DNA from: Azolla caroliniana
Taxonomy: Eukaryota; Plantae; Polypodiophyta
Direction of reading: 5' to 3'
Assembly: GCA_043228905.1 (NCBI GenBank)
Contig: JBHGNT010000001.1
Span: 12,276,001-12,340,000, forward strand
DNA length: 64,000 nucleotides
The position numbers and the translations under genes are program-made. A model generated the notes under the pieces. That model was not told the DNA's origin. It saw nothing but the letters and a program-made list of their open reading frames with translations, and made no database searches. Of the stretch, positions 24,338 through 36,860 are shown one piece after another (the stretch's first letter is position 1; the number at the start of each line of letters is the position of its first letter).

Positions 24338-25753
24338 ACTGGAGTCCAAACATTTCTAGAAGCGATCAATTATTATTGATGCCACAACGTTAGATTGCAA
24401 CACAGCTCTTGACATGAGAATTCATTGGAATAGGATGATTAACCTCGGATTCGTAACAAGGAAGCTACAAAACATGGATTGCAAGATCATAGCTTTTACA
24501 CTTTGCTTGCACGTCCAATTTGGTGCAAATCATGTAGATCAATTGTGTTAGGTTAGGGCTTCACGAGGTTAGATACCCTTCTAAATATATAGAAACATAT
24601 AGAGCTTTCCAGTTTGCACTTCCAAATTTTTAGGCACCTTTCACTGACATGCGCCTTTTTCTATTGCAAAAAGTTCCCCATGAAATTGGTTCCATTCAAT
24701 CAAGTTTTAATAATCTTTCATGCATGTTGGTTCCGTCAACATACCTTCTATTGCATGAACTTCCCCCCGGATTAGTTCCATTCAACCAAGTTTTATCTTG
24801 CATGAATGTTGTGCAAGGAAAGTTCCATGCACTCTATACAATTATAGTAGTTATAATGAGCCATTTCTATTTCTCGTGCATTAGTCATGAAGTGAGTAGT
24901 TTGAGAAATCTATCTATAGGTGGAACTTAGATTGATGTCTACAGGCCCAAAAAAATAAATGCATGAACTAGATTGACTCAATATTGCAAAGAACTTATCA
25001 TCAAGGGCATGAAGATGTTTGGGCTTATAATTAGTTAATCAATATGAGGCATGCATATTCATCGTTGAGACAACCAATCACGAATTATGACTTTACCAAT
25101 ACATTTTATGAGCCAACAATGGATTTGAATAATTTATGATTGGTATGTATGTTTAAAGAGATGTCATACATACACAAACATTTTGCCCCATAATAGAATA
25201 GAACACATGAGTAAATTTCATCAAAAAATCTATTTGCCTCATCATGGAACTAAGCAAAGTTGATCCAAAATATCACAATCTAGTTACTTGGATTAACCTA
25301 GAGGCCTATGGCAAGGAATAATCTAATTACTTGTTTGTACAAATGTATTTTAACATGGGTATGCATGTATGTAATTAATTGACTTTCCTTTGGGGAATGA
25401 ATGAGCTATTATGCACAAATATGCATCAATACCTTGTGGCAACCCCTATCCTACATGACCCACTTCCCTTACAATTTATCAAGCCATGCACAAATCACCT
25501 ACATTTGATTGCTTAAGATGAAAATAAATGGGTCTAAGAATCGTGATCTTCAGTTGATCCGTCAAAATCAATTGCGTCACCTACTTTCACTCCTTGGACT
25601 AAAATCGATCGGTCTAAGATCCGTCATCTTTTGAAACTCTGGGAAATTTACTTGGCCATCACCATCCAAATCCACACGCTTGATCATGTCATCATACATT
25701 GACTTGTGATCATTGGATCCCTTAAGAAGTTCAAGATTCTTTAAAGCAATTGA

Positions 25754-25788
25754 AACACTGGGTCATTTGAAACAGGTAATATGTCACA
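25754..25788 (+). repeat. Left TIR of Sola1-like element
   Basis: AACACTGGGTCATTTGAAACAGGTAATATGTCACA. Confidence 0.92.
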
Positions 25789-28700
25789 TTCCTTTATTGA
25801 TAAATACATGAGATGTTAAGAATTACCATTTTTGAACAAACTTTCAAGAATCTATCACGATTGCACACACGGTTTTTAAAAATATCACTCAAAAATACAA
25901 TTAATACTATCAAGATTTCAAATTGAACCAATATTTTCTCAATTCATATACAAATTCATCCAAATCTTAGATAAGATTACGGGGATATAATTGTAATATG
26001 CTTTATTGTACACAATGTTAAATTCGAATCCAAGACAACAAATTTAGTAATTCAATTTTGTTGCTATATTTGTCTCTAAATCTTATAGAGATTGTTATAT
26101 CGTATTTGTAAATATGATTTTTGGGTATAATTTGAAAAAAATTCAGAAACGAATATCTCACGATATACCACACATGCCCAAAAACTACTACGAACATTAT
26201 ATCCCAATCATACATGAACAACGTGAATGTATTATCAAGTGAGAAACAACGTTGACTTAATATTATTGTGTTTATTAGAAACTCAATAACCAAGATTAAA
26301 GACAACATAGATCATACAATAAAGCTAAATTCAATTATATTAATCAAGAAACAATTAGAACCAACATTTGTCATACTAGGGATAGTTCATCATCCTCTAT
26401 CAATGAAAATTATACTTAACCACATACTTTACGAGTCAACCTTTGCAAACATATAATAGACACTTAAAGTTCAAGACACCAATCGAATAGTGTAAAGAAA
26501 TGGTACTCAAACAAAAAAATCTTATATGACAAAAGAAGTTTAGGGTTACAAGTTTTTAGTTACAAATACAAAGTATTATACAATCACTCCATTAGGAGGT
26601 CTGGAATAGGCTGCTCTCCAAGATCAGCTAACAATTGTGTTGCATCTACATGTTCTGTCTCCTCAACTGAATCTTGTAATTGATCATACCTTGGTGCATC
26701 TTCAAGGTCGACAAGGTCCCCTCCTTCGTCTATAGGTTCTATCGGCTCTCTAGAGGTCAGCTGAAACATCTCAGTTTCATTTATATGCTTTGCCCCAACC
26801 TCTTGGTCCTGGTCGGGACAATTCCAGATGCCTTGGATCCTCATCTTAATAAAATTTACTTGCTCGGGGTCTTTCTCTAATGCAACACAGTTCCTGAACC
26901 ATTTAAGAGCGCACACAGTTGTTGTCCATAAACAAAAAATAACACATGCAAAAGTCAGAGAACAAAGACAGGAAATTCTATTTTATTTTAAGAAAAATTG
27001 ATTAGACTTATGACATTACCTGTACTAGAAAATAAGTCGAGCACGGGCAATCATCAGGGTTCGAGAACAACTCGACCAGTCAATTAATCAATCGTTGGGG
27101 CTTTTGATATGGGTTTACACGACTCTTGTCGCCAGACACATGGCACAGTTTCTTCATTACAGTTGGGCACATGATATAGTTGACGATGTTCCATTGATTC
27201 ACATGTGCCCGAGCCTTCTGCTTAGAAATAACGTCATAATATCCCACGCACAAATGCTCCACAATGCTCACCATTGGATCACCTGGGGTACAAGTTATGT
27301 CGTTTTAACCCTATTTTGTAATTGAATTGAAACCAGTTAATATATATATATGTAGTAAGCACCATAGAATCCATATATTAAATATATAGTAACATAAAGC
27401 TTACCAATGCATGTGTTCGGTAGCATGACATCTCAACTTCACTGCAGTAGTGACTGATAAAGCCTGACCCATACTATGAAATATAACGATTCACCATAAT
27501 GGAGACAGGGTCAACTCTGCAAAGTCTTTTGCCATATTCTCTATTTGCGGATATTTGTATGGTACATCGTCGTATGTAGAGCCTGATATCTGAAATCCAT
27601 ACGGTATATCCGCAACGAGCAATGTATAATGTCTCTTGGGTAACATGTCAAGCATATTACCCACATCACCATTATAAACACTATAGTACAATTGTCAGAA
27701 AGGATCAGCCTTCTGCAAAAGACTTTTCACAGTTGTCATTCGTTTCTCATATTTTGCTCGTTCCAAATGGGTGATGAAGACGCTTGGTATGCCTTCATTG
27801 CTATCACCCATTTTCTTTGAGCGAGGTGGTTTCTGTAATTATACGTTTTGTAAGAAGATACCCATTATCCTAAAATCAATTAATATTTGTAAAACATACA
27901 TATACCCATTCTCTAAACACAATGAAGAATTCTTCAAGAGCCTTGTATGATAATGTTTTGGGGCACAATCGCTCCACCTCTTCCCGCTTAGGCAGGGGCA
28001 ATTGTTTCTTCATCAGCTCTTGTATCTTCATATAAACCTTATGGCTAAAAATTAAAAGAAAGTAAGGTTAGAATAAAGAGCAAATCATTCCCACAATACA
28101 ATGAAAATAAGTCATCACATAGAATACTCACTTTTGAAACTCTGTGACCATTTCATCAAGGTTGAACTCCTTGGTGGCCACTCTTGTTAATAGAGATATT
28201 AATAATCTGTCATCTTTGATTCCTTGCAATGACCGCCAAGGAAGCAACTTCATATCCTCGGCTAATTCTTCAATTACTAAGTCACTTTTACGTGACTTAG
28301 ACTTTATCTCCACTTGTGGGTCGAGCTTAGCCTTCTTTGATCTTTGACCCTTTATTTCTTTTCGCTCCCACATACTAAAAATTCGATCTTGGAAGTCCCA
28401 CACCTCCCCTGTTCTGAATGCAAGTTGAAACCACGAGTCATATTTCCTCAGGCCTTCAGACTTGGTGCTTTCATCAATTGCTATCCCCACTTCAAGCAGA
28501 CATTGTCGTCGCAATCCAGGATGCAGCCTAGGACCAAATTTTTGCAACGAATCAAGGTACTCGTGATGGAAGAACTTGATGCACTCGATACATGACATCT
28601 TCTGTCTGCAGTCATTATCATTGTTATGATCCCAAGCTAGCAACTTGTCTTCTTCATGTGTAAGGCCAACGTACACTTTACATTCTGCATATTTGAAGAA

Positions 28701-29643
28701 TGGGGTAAGAGGATACTCCATCACAAGTTGACGTCAAGCTTCCGCATAGTGGGATCCTCCAATCACGTAATATGTGTAGTCGTCAGCCAAACTGTACTTA
28801 AAGTCAACAATAGTTGGGCATTGATTAGGGTCTACCATTACTAAGAATGGCACTACAGTGGCATGTGGATTTATCTTCATTTTGCTTTTTAAGTTTTGCA
28901 CATGCACTTAATGTGGCTCTCTTATTTCTAGAGCTCGTCTTCCTGTTTTAGGATCATTGGGTGGCCTCTAAATAGAGGAGATTGGCAAGTGAAATAGTTG
29001 TCCTTTACGGACAAGCTTTGTCTTTACAATGTTTTCTCTGATCCGATTTTGCTTTGAGGTGAGTATTCCCGATGCAATGTGCTCCCTTGGAGGAATAACT
29101 TCGAGCTCCGTATCTTCCACGAACTCGAGTACCTCGGGCTCCTCCTCCTCAGGTTGCTGCCTTTTCTTGTACTTCTTATGTTCCGGTTTTGATTTATTGG
29201 CAAATTTTGGTGGTGTGGTTGCTTGCGCGACCATCAGGTCTCCCTTAATATAAGGGCGCAAAGCAACAGTCAAATTATTTTTGGTTTGAACATCGTTTTT
29301 CAAAGCCTTCGGGTTGTACGAGTCAGTTACGAAATTGTGTTCATCTATCCTGACTCTACACATCCCCACCTAGCTATCAACATCAAACAAGAGGTTTGAT
29401 GAGTCATTGTCTTTGTATTCGAGGTTCTTTACATGGCTCTAGGTGAAAGTCTTCCCCACCTGCAACTTGCCTCACCTTCAGATTTCGCAAAAATAAGGAG
29501 CTAATATACTTCGTCCTGGGTATAGATTAATCTCCACTCGACATGAGGGTAGCTCTTCAGGCGAGGCTCCCCACTACTCTTTTCGCCTAAAGTGTGTGAA
29601 GTCCCATCACCTCCCGACTCAATAAATGTTTTCCGTGAGTCAA

Positions 29644-29722
29644 TGTAAATAAATGGAGCCGGTGGTGTAATGCAATGGAAGATGATTGAGTGTGAGTGTG
29701 TGTGTGTGTATGCATGTAAGGC

Positions 29723-29781
<59 letters not shown>

Positions 29782-32700
29782 GGACAGAGATAAACAATTG
29801 TATGTTTCATTAAACAAAATACTTCCAAAAATAACTAAGTTACAAGGGGTTGGTTTAAATACCAACTAAACTAGGGCAAGTGCCCTTTCTACTATTTACA
29901 AGACTAGCCTAGTATGACCATAAGCTAGTGTGAAACCTATTACTATGGGAAGTTGAGTTCGACTCTCAACACGCCCCTTCGAACACAACTTCCATTTGTC
30001 GAAAAGTTGTTTCGGTTCAGTCTTCGGAATCCGGTTTCCGGCGTTCATAATCCTCGAACTGGATTGTTCGGCTTTTCGGCTTTGTGCTCGGTTTTATTAA
30101 CTAGTTGTTGCGTACTCACGTATCGTTGCATGTGGCGTATCGTGTTGTGTTACGTCCATGTTGCCTGTAGTACTCCCCCTCAAGCTCGGCAATGTGGACG
30201 TCCTAAGATCAAGGTCAGATGCGAATTGCACGAGCTTGTCGACTCCTATGGCCTTCGTAAAAATATCAGCAATTTGGAGGTGCATACTGATATGTTGTAG
30301 ATTGATAGCTCCGGCCTATACGCACTTGTCAATGAAGTGGTAGTGCACTTCGATGTGTTTAGTCTGCGCGTGGAAGACGGGGTTCCGAGCGAGGTAGATG
30401 TTGTTCATGTTGTCGTAGAAGAGGCGAATTGGATTCGTAATGGGAACACCCAGATCCTTCAGTATGCACTTGAGCAATACGGCTTCGCATGCGGCAACTG
30501 CCGTGCCCTTGTATTCGGCTTCCGTGCTCCACATTGCGACTGTCGGCTGCTTCTTACTACTCCAGGAGATCGCTCCGCTGCCGAGGGAGAAGACGAATCC
30601 GGATGTGGATCGTCTATCCGCTTTGTATCCTGCCCAGTTTGCGTATGTGTATCCTTCGGGTCGAATGGTCATATTTGACTTATATAGAATGTCGTAATCC
30701 ATCATCGTACTGACATACCGGAGTATCCACTTAGAGCAATCGAGATGGAAGTTTCGCGAATTCTGCATGAATTGACTAAGTAGGCCGACCGAATAACTAA
30801 GGTCAGGTCGCGGAATGGTGAGATAGATTAAGTTGCTGATCAGTTGACGATACCGAGTTCACTCACACACGGTTGTGTTAGAATCGGCATCCATTTTGAG
30901 ATTATGATCGAGAGGGGTGGACACAGCTTTGCATTCGGTCATTCCGAACTTGTAGAGCTAGTTGAGAACGTAGTGCCATTGAGAGATCATTACTCAACCA
31001 ATGTCCGAATTACTTCAATGCCAAGGAAGTAATGGAGCTCGTGCGGGTCTTTCATTTTGAATCTGCCGGAGAGAAGTGATTTGACTTTGTTATCTCGGTG
31101 AGATCCGTTCCTCCGATGACCAAATCATCCACGTAAAGGATGATGACAATCGGGCTATCCGACTCGTTTCAGATGTACAGAGAAGTATCGGATTTTGACA
31201 ATCGAAATCCGATCTGATGAAGATATTGCGTGATCTTCAAGTGCCACGCATGTTGTGCTTGTTTGAGGCCATAGAGAGGCTTCTTGAGTTGGCACACGAC
31301 GTTCAGGTGACTGCACGATTCAAAACCGGGTGGTTGGATCATGTACACCTCCTCTTCCAAATCGCCTTGAAGAAAGGCGTTCTTGACATCCATCTGGTGG
31401 AGGTGCCTCCCTTTTGCTACCACGATTGCGATTACAGTCCGACAGTTGTCATCTTTGCAATCGGGGCAAAGGTCTCTTTGTAGTCTACGTCGTGTGTTTG
31501 CACATATCCTTTCACAACGAGCCATGCTTTAAAGCGATTTACGGATCCATCGGCATTGTGTTTCACTTTGTAAATCCACCTGCAGTCAATTGCTTTCTTG
31601 TTCGGAGGGTGAGAAACGAGATCCCAGGTCTCGTTTTTGCATAACGCTTCCATTTCCTCATTCATCGCATTGACCCATCGCGGATCCTTTACGGCTTCGG
31701 ACAGCGTCTCCGGCTCCCATTCTGACGCTACCTTCATCATGAAGGCGTAATGGTATGCCATATAATCGTTATAGCTGAAACGGCTTACACGGTTCTTTTC
31801 ACGGGTCAATCGGTGGAGCTTCTCATTTGCTGATACTAAGGCTTTCTTCGCTCCATCTATTCGGATGATAGGGATGTTCAGGCCTTCAAACTCATTGTCG
31901 AGGGAGTGAGTTGATGCGTTGTCAATTGGATCTTTGTATTCGAACATCTTGGCCTTCCTTTTGTCGAGTTTCGGACTCCGTCGAAATGTGCTTTGGTCAC
32001 TTAGGGGCTCCCATCGTCCACTAAGCCGTCTCGTAATCAAGCTTTCTTCAAACATGCGCATGAGCCGATCTTCTTCTTCTATCTCCATTTCGGCCGATTT
32101 CGGGTCGAGCGGAGTAAGAGTCGAAGTTGTTTCTGGTGTGTACCAAGATGCAGACTCGTCGAAGACTACGTCTCGACTTGTTCGAGCTTTTCGGGTAGAT
32201 GGGATGTAGCATTTGTACCCCTTCTATTCGAGTGAGTATCCTAAGAGGATACATTTCTCTAACTTCGGTTCTAGCTTTTGTCGTGTATCGTTAGGAATAT
32301 GTATGTAGGCGATAGAACTGAAAATGCGAACATGTGATAAGTCCGGCCTCTTTCCAAAGAACTTCTCATTAGGAGTTACGTCGTGTACTCCTGAGGTTGT
32401 GCACCTATTCATGAGGTATACAGCCGTGTTCGCCGCTTTTACCCAGTACGATTTTGGCAGTTTCGTCTCATTCATCATAGCCCATGCGACTTCTACTATG
32501 TGCGAATTTTTATGCTCAGCTACACTGTTTTGCTGAGGTGTGTGACGGCATAAGAACTCTGATCGGATTCCTTCCTTTCGGAGATACGTCGTAAACTCAT
32601 CCAAAAAGTATTCTTTGCCTCCATTTGATCGAAGGCAGCGTACGTGCCGACCCGTAGTTTTCTCCACTTCGGCCTTGAACCTCTGGAAGTGTCCGAACAC

Positions 32701-35700
32701 TTCGCTCTTCTGTCTCACTGGGTAGATCCAGGTGTGCCTGGAGAAGTCGTCGATGAACGTGACGTAATATCAGCATCCGCCAAGTGTGCTTATCTAGTAT
32801 GGTCCCCATACATCTGAATGTACGACATCCGGGATCCCTTTGCTCACATTCCCCTCTCTCGGGAATGGATGTCGATGTTGCTTTCCGAACTGGCACACTT
32901 TGCATACGCCTGTAATCTCCTTCACGGTAAAGTTCGGGAGTCTGATTACGACTCCTTTCGATTGCATGTTGTGAAGCTTCTGGAGTTTGATTTGACCAAT
33001 TCTCTTGTGCCACAAGTTTAGGTCGGTTTCGACTTTGAGGCCCTTTGCAAACATGGCCAATTTTACCTCGTTCGATTCGAGGACAAACATACAGCCTTCC
33101 CGACGGCCGTGAGCTACGACTTGATCTCCTCTTTCGATAAAGCACCCATCATTGTTGAATCGTACCTACATTCCTTGTTTGACAATCTGGCCGACCGAGA
33201 CCAGGTTTTTTGTGATGGTAGGGACATGCAATACGTTCTTGAGGTAGGTTTGTTTGTCATTGTTTCCAAATGGGACGTTCCTGATATGTTGTATTGGATG
33301 CGCCGTGTCATCGCTTGTCTCGACATATCCGGGTCGTTCGGGTTTTTGTAATTCCCGAAACCAATCTTCATGAGACATCATGTGGTTGGATGCTCCCGAG
33401 TCAACAAACCATACGTTATTTGAGGCGGAGGTGCGCTAGTTGAGGCCTGTGCTGACATTGAGTGTGCTTTGTGCCTCATTACGAACATTCCGCCACGGTC
33501 TCCGTAGTCAGAGTTCGTGGTGTTGTAGTGAAGATCCGTCACTACGTGCGGATCATGTGGCGGAACCACTGGGGTTCTAGACCGGAAGGATTAGAAGTTT
33601 GCACTAACTTTAGCGAGAAAGTATTTAAGATAAATTGAGAGAGATTGATATGACGAAAGAGAGATATTGAGATAAATATTGAACTTTAAAGTTTTAGATT
33701 TAAGAGAGAAAATACATCAACAATAGGATTACAAGTTTCTTATTTTTCCCAAATTTTTCATTAGTTTTCTCTTGGTTTATTCCTCCACTCTTTTATAGAT
33801 GCCCCCATGCATATGGTGCATGTGAGGCTGCAAGACATGCACGTAATGCATGAAATGCATGTTTGCCATGTCATCATCTAAGCTCTCATGTATGAGAATT
33901 TACATGTAAAATGATCAAAGTAAGAGTTTTGAAGATATGAGTTGGCTTAGTGGTAAGCCTAGATTGACTTTCAACTTGGAGGTGCAAGGTTCAAGCTTTG
34001 CTCACATCCCTTTTAAAACACAAAATACTACTAGGCTTTTGGTCTGTCCCGACTGGTTCAATCCGATCCCGATCCTGATCTGATCCTATCCGTCACCATC
34101 CAGTCCCAGTCTTGGTCGCCGTCTGGTTCGGGTCAGCCAAAACCTTTATAAGTAATTAGGTCACACCCATTCATCCAATTAGTTTAACTGAAGTCACCTT
34201 GAACATTTTTATGATACAATCATAGACACAAAGTAATGTATTATGGCCCTGATTATATACTTTGGGATCCTTATTTGTCCTGTCTATGTGGGATATCTCG
34301 TAGTTTTGTTTTTCCTCTTCTTCTTCGCAAACTTCATACCCACATAACTTGCCACTTAGTTGTCTGTTTCTTATGTGGTAAAGAGTATTCGAAAGCTCTT
34401 GAAGACGTTCATCTTTTTGTACCAAGATATTAAATTAGTATAAAATAATATCTTCAATATTATTGTTTTATGTTGTGTGTGAAGAACCACACTCGATTTT
34501 GTACGTTCCTCGCAATTTTCACACCGTTGCCGAAAATCTTCACGACAGCGTACTTCGTAAACATTCTGCTACGATCGGCGTAGTCAAAATTCGATGCGTA
34601 ATTCGTGAACATTCTGCTATGATTGTCGTAGTTGGAGTTCGATGCGTAGTTCGTGAGTTGTCGGCTAGTTGAAGCCGAGTCTCGTACCTTTTTCCGGCAC
34701 TCCTCTTCATAGTGGTTGTGTTTTCCATAGTACTTGAATTTGATTGGGTTGTTACGATTGCTCGATCTGGCATGATGACTTCCCCTTCTGTCGAACTCTC
34801 CCGGGCCGTTCTTGTCCATTTGCCATTGGTGGGGGTTACGCTCTTGAGTCGGCAGACCATTATGGCCTTGTTTGAATCGACCTCTATTTCCACGGTCGAA
34901 ATTTCTTCTATCATCCGATTGGGAGTAGAGCATATGACCCTCTAGTGCGTTGCTCCCTTGTCGGGCATGATTTTCCTCAACCAACAGTATTGATTGGAGA
35001 TCGAAAAATGAAGGAGGGTTCTCCCTTGCAAGGATGGCCGATCTAATTGAGCCAAATCGGGGTGCTAAGCTGTCGAGACATATTTGCACCATCTCGTGAT
35101 TGTTGATTAGGACATTAATCGATTTGAGGGCATCACATAGCTCCTTGATCTTTAAGGTATAGCCTGTGATCGACATGTCCCTTTGTTGCATGTTGTTTAG
35201 CTCCTATCGAAGTTGGAGCTTTCGTGCAGCCGTGTTGGCTTCAAAAATCTTCTTGAGACTTCCCCAAGCTTCTTTCGGTGTTTTTGATTCTCGAATATAG
35301 CCAAACATATGATCATGAACACAAGATGCAAGGCAATACAAAACACGGCTTGCGGCCTGCTCCCAAGCGGAATAGTCGGCGTGTGTTGGGTTGGGTTGAG
35401 TTTCGTGAGCTTCTTCAATGTAGCTCTAGTAACCTTGTCTGACAAGATATTGATGCATCTTGTATTCCCAATATACGAAATTCATTCTGTCAAGCTTCTT
35501 GGTAGGAAGAGCGCTTCCCATCTGAGTGTTCATTATGTCGATTTCTACTCTGTTGATGAGCCGATTCTGTTGATCTTCGGCGTGTACCACAACATAGTTG
35601 AATAGATTTGATTAAGCAACCACACGCTCTGATACCATGTAAATAAATGAAGCTGGTGGTGTAATGCAGCGGAAGATGATTGAGTGTGTGTGTGTGTGTG

Positions 35701-35721
35701 TGTGTGTGCACGTAAGGCAAA

Positions 35722-35767
<46 letters not shown>

Positions 35768-35957
35768 GGACAGAGATAAATGACTATATGTTTCATTAAA
35801 CAAAATACTTCCAACAATAACTAAGTTACAAGGGGTTAGTTTAAATACCAACTAAACTAGGGCAAGTGCCCTTTCTACTATTTACAAGACTCGCCTGGTA
35901 TGACCATGAGCTAGTGTGAAACCTATTATTATGGGAAGTTGAGTTCGACTCTCAACA
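29644..35957 (-). mobile_element. Degenerate full-length copia (second lineage); LTRs 35638-35957 and 29644-29971
   Basis: TG...CA LTRs; PBS 35626-35637 directly adjacent; decayed TSD GTCAA/ATCAG; gag, VDSGAS, integrase, RT ([14 protein letters not shown]) and RNase H fragments. Confidence 0.92.
33524..34547 (-). mobile_element. Solo LTR (1024 bp), probably of the Trp-primed gypsy lineage
   Basis: Terminal IR TGTAGTGAAGAT / ATCTTCACGACA; 4-bp TSD GTGT/GCGT; shares the TGTCGTGAAG start and ACCCCAGTGGT motif with the gypsy LTRs at 39567 and 45934. Confidence 0.75.
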
Positions 35958-36243
35958 ATCAGGCTTGGGCATGCTGTCAAAAGGTTTTTTTGTTGGGGAG
36001 GGAATCTTTAATTTAAAGGATGGGACCTTCTATCGTGATTCACTGAAAACAACAGATAATAACACAATGATATATCAATAATCTTAAAAATCAACAACGT
36101 AAACCTAAAAACTAAGGTAAAGTTCTGCAAAAGTAGGCGAAAATCACTCGTTTTTAAATGTAATGTTACATAAAAAACATTGAGAAAAATGCAAAAAAAT
36201 AGCAAGAAAGTGACCAATTCTAGTATATTGATCATGAAAGTCC

Positions 36244-36360
36244 CCCCTTTCAACGAGAACTCGATGTAGTGCATCGAGTTCTCATTGAAAGGGGAGTGAA
36301 CTCGATGCACTGCATCGAGTTCTCGTTGAAAGAGTGTTCTCTTTCAATGGGAACTCGATG
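36244..36360. promoter_or_regulatory. Cluster of palindromes between the divergent MTase and transposase genes
   Basis: 25-bp arms 36244-36268/36270-36294 (23/25), perfect GAACTCGATGCA-C-TGCATCGAGTTC at 36298-36322, further inverted half-site to 36360; function inferred only. Confidence 0.55.
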
Positions 36361-36860
36361 TTCTAGACGTAGAAATTAACAAACACAAAAAGGAATCTTT
36401 TGGGAATCTTTGAAGAATCTAAAAATATAGTTCGGAAAATATACCTAGTTATCTTCTTTCCCTTGTTCATGTTGTTGACGTTGATGTCGACTTGACCAGG
36501 GAGGCGAAAATTGGAAGTCTTGGTTGCTTTGTGCTACTGTGCTCTTCTATTTCTTGAACACGATAATGACAATGAGAAGATGACTTTCCCTTATATAATT
36601 TTGTTTTTTATTTTTTATTTTTAAATTTTTTTTAAATTTGTTTTTTCTTTTATGTTTTTGGACATGGTGCATATTATAGAACTAAACTTTAGCCTATTTT
36701 GGATTCCAATGATCTTAGTTAGCCTTACTCAAAATGTCCTCAAACTCGAGTAAAAACTCTTTGTTTTCTATTGAGCCTTTTAAATTATCTGATAACTCGT
36801 TATTCTCAATCGAGGAATATAACCATGTTAATAATAAACGATGCCATATAAAGTCAAACG

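Larger units (their letters stand above)
26584..35972 (-). pseudogene. ParB/Srx-like domain fused to beta-class N6-adenine/N4-cytosine DNA methyltransferase; exons 35958-35972+28132-29638 (split by copia), 27906-28044, 27405-27832, 27020-27310, 26584-26927; about 900 codons
   Basis: YVIGGSHYAEA..LV (ParB-like GxH); LLVADIPYG (motif IV, DPPY-like); WVK; NPYQKPQRLI..LVELFSNPDD; VLDLFSSTG/TTTVCALKWFRNCVALEKD (motifs I-III) in beta order; introns of 87, 73, 94 and 92 bp (last acceptor decayed to AT); several stops and frameshifts. Confidence 0.85.

Noticed and set aside
24340-25750. Short ORF 24649-24930 and AT-rich spacer
   Set aside because: No recognisable motifs, termini or splice-consistent structure; left unannotated.
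26584-29638. Bacterial contamination as the source of the methyltransferase
   Set aside because: The gene has spliceosomal introns, is interrupted by a plant copia and lies inside TIRs with a TSD in plant DNA.
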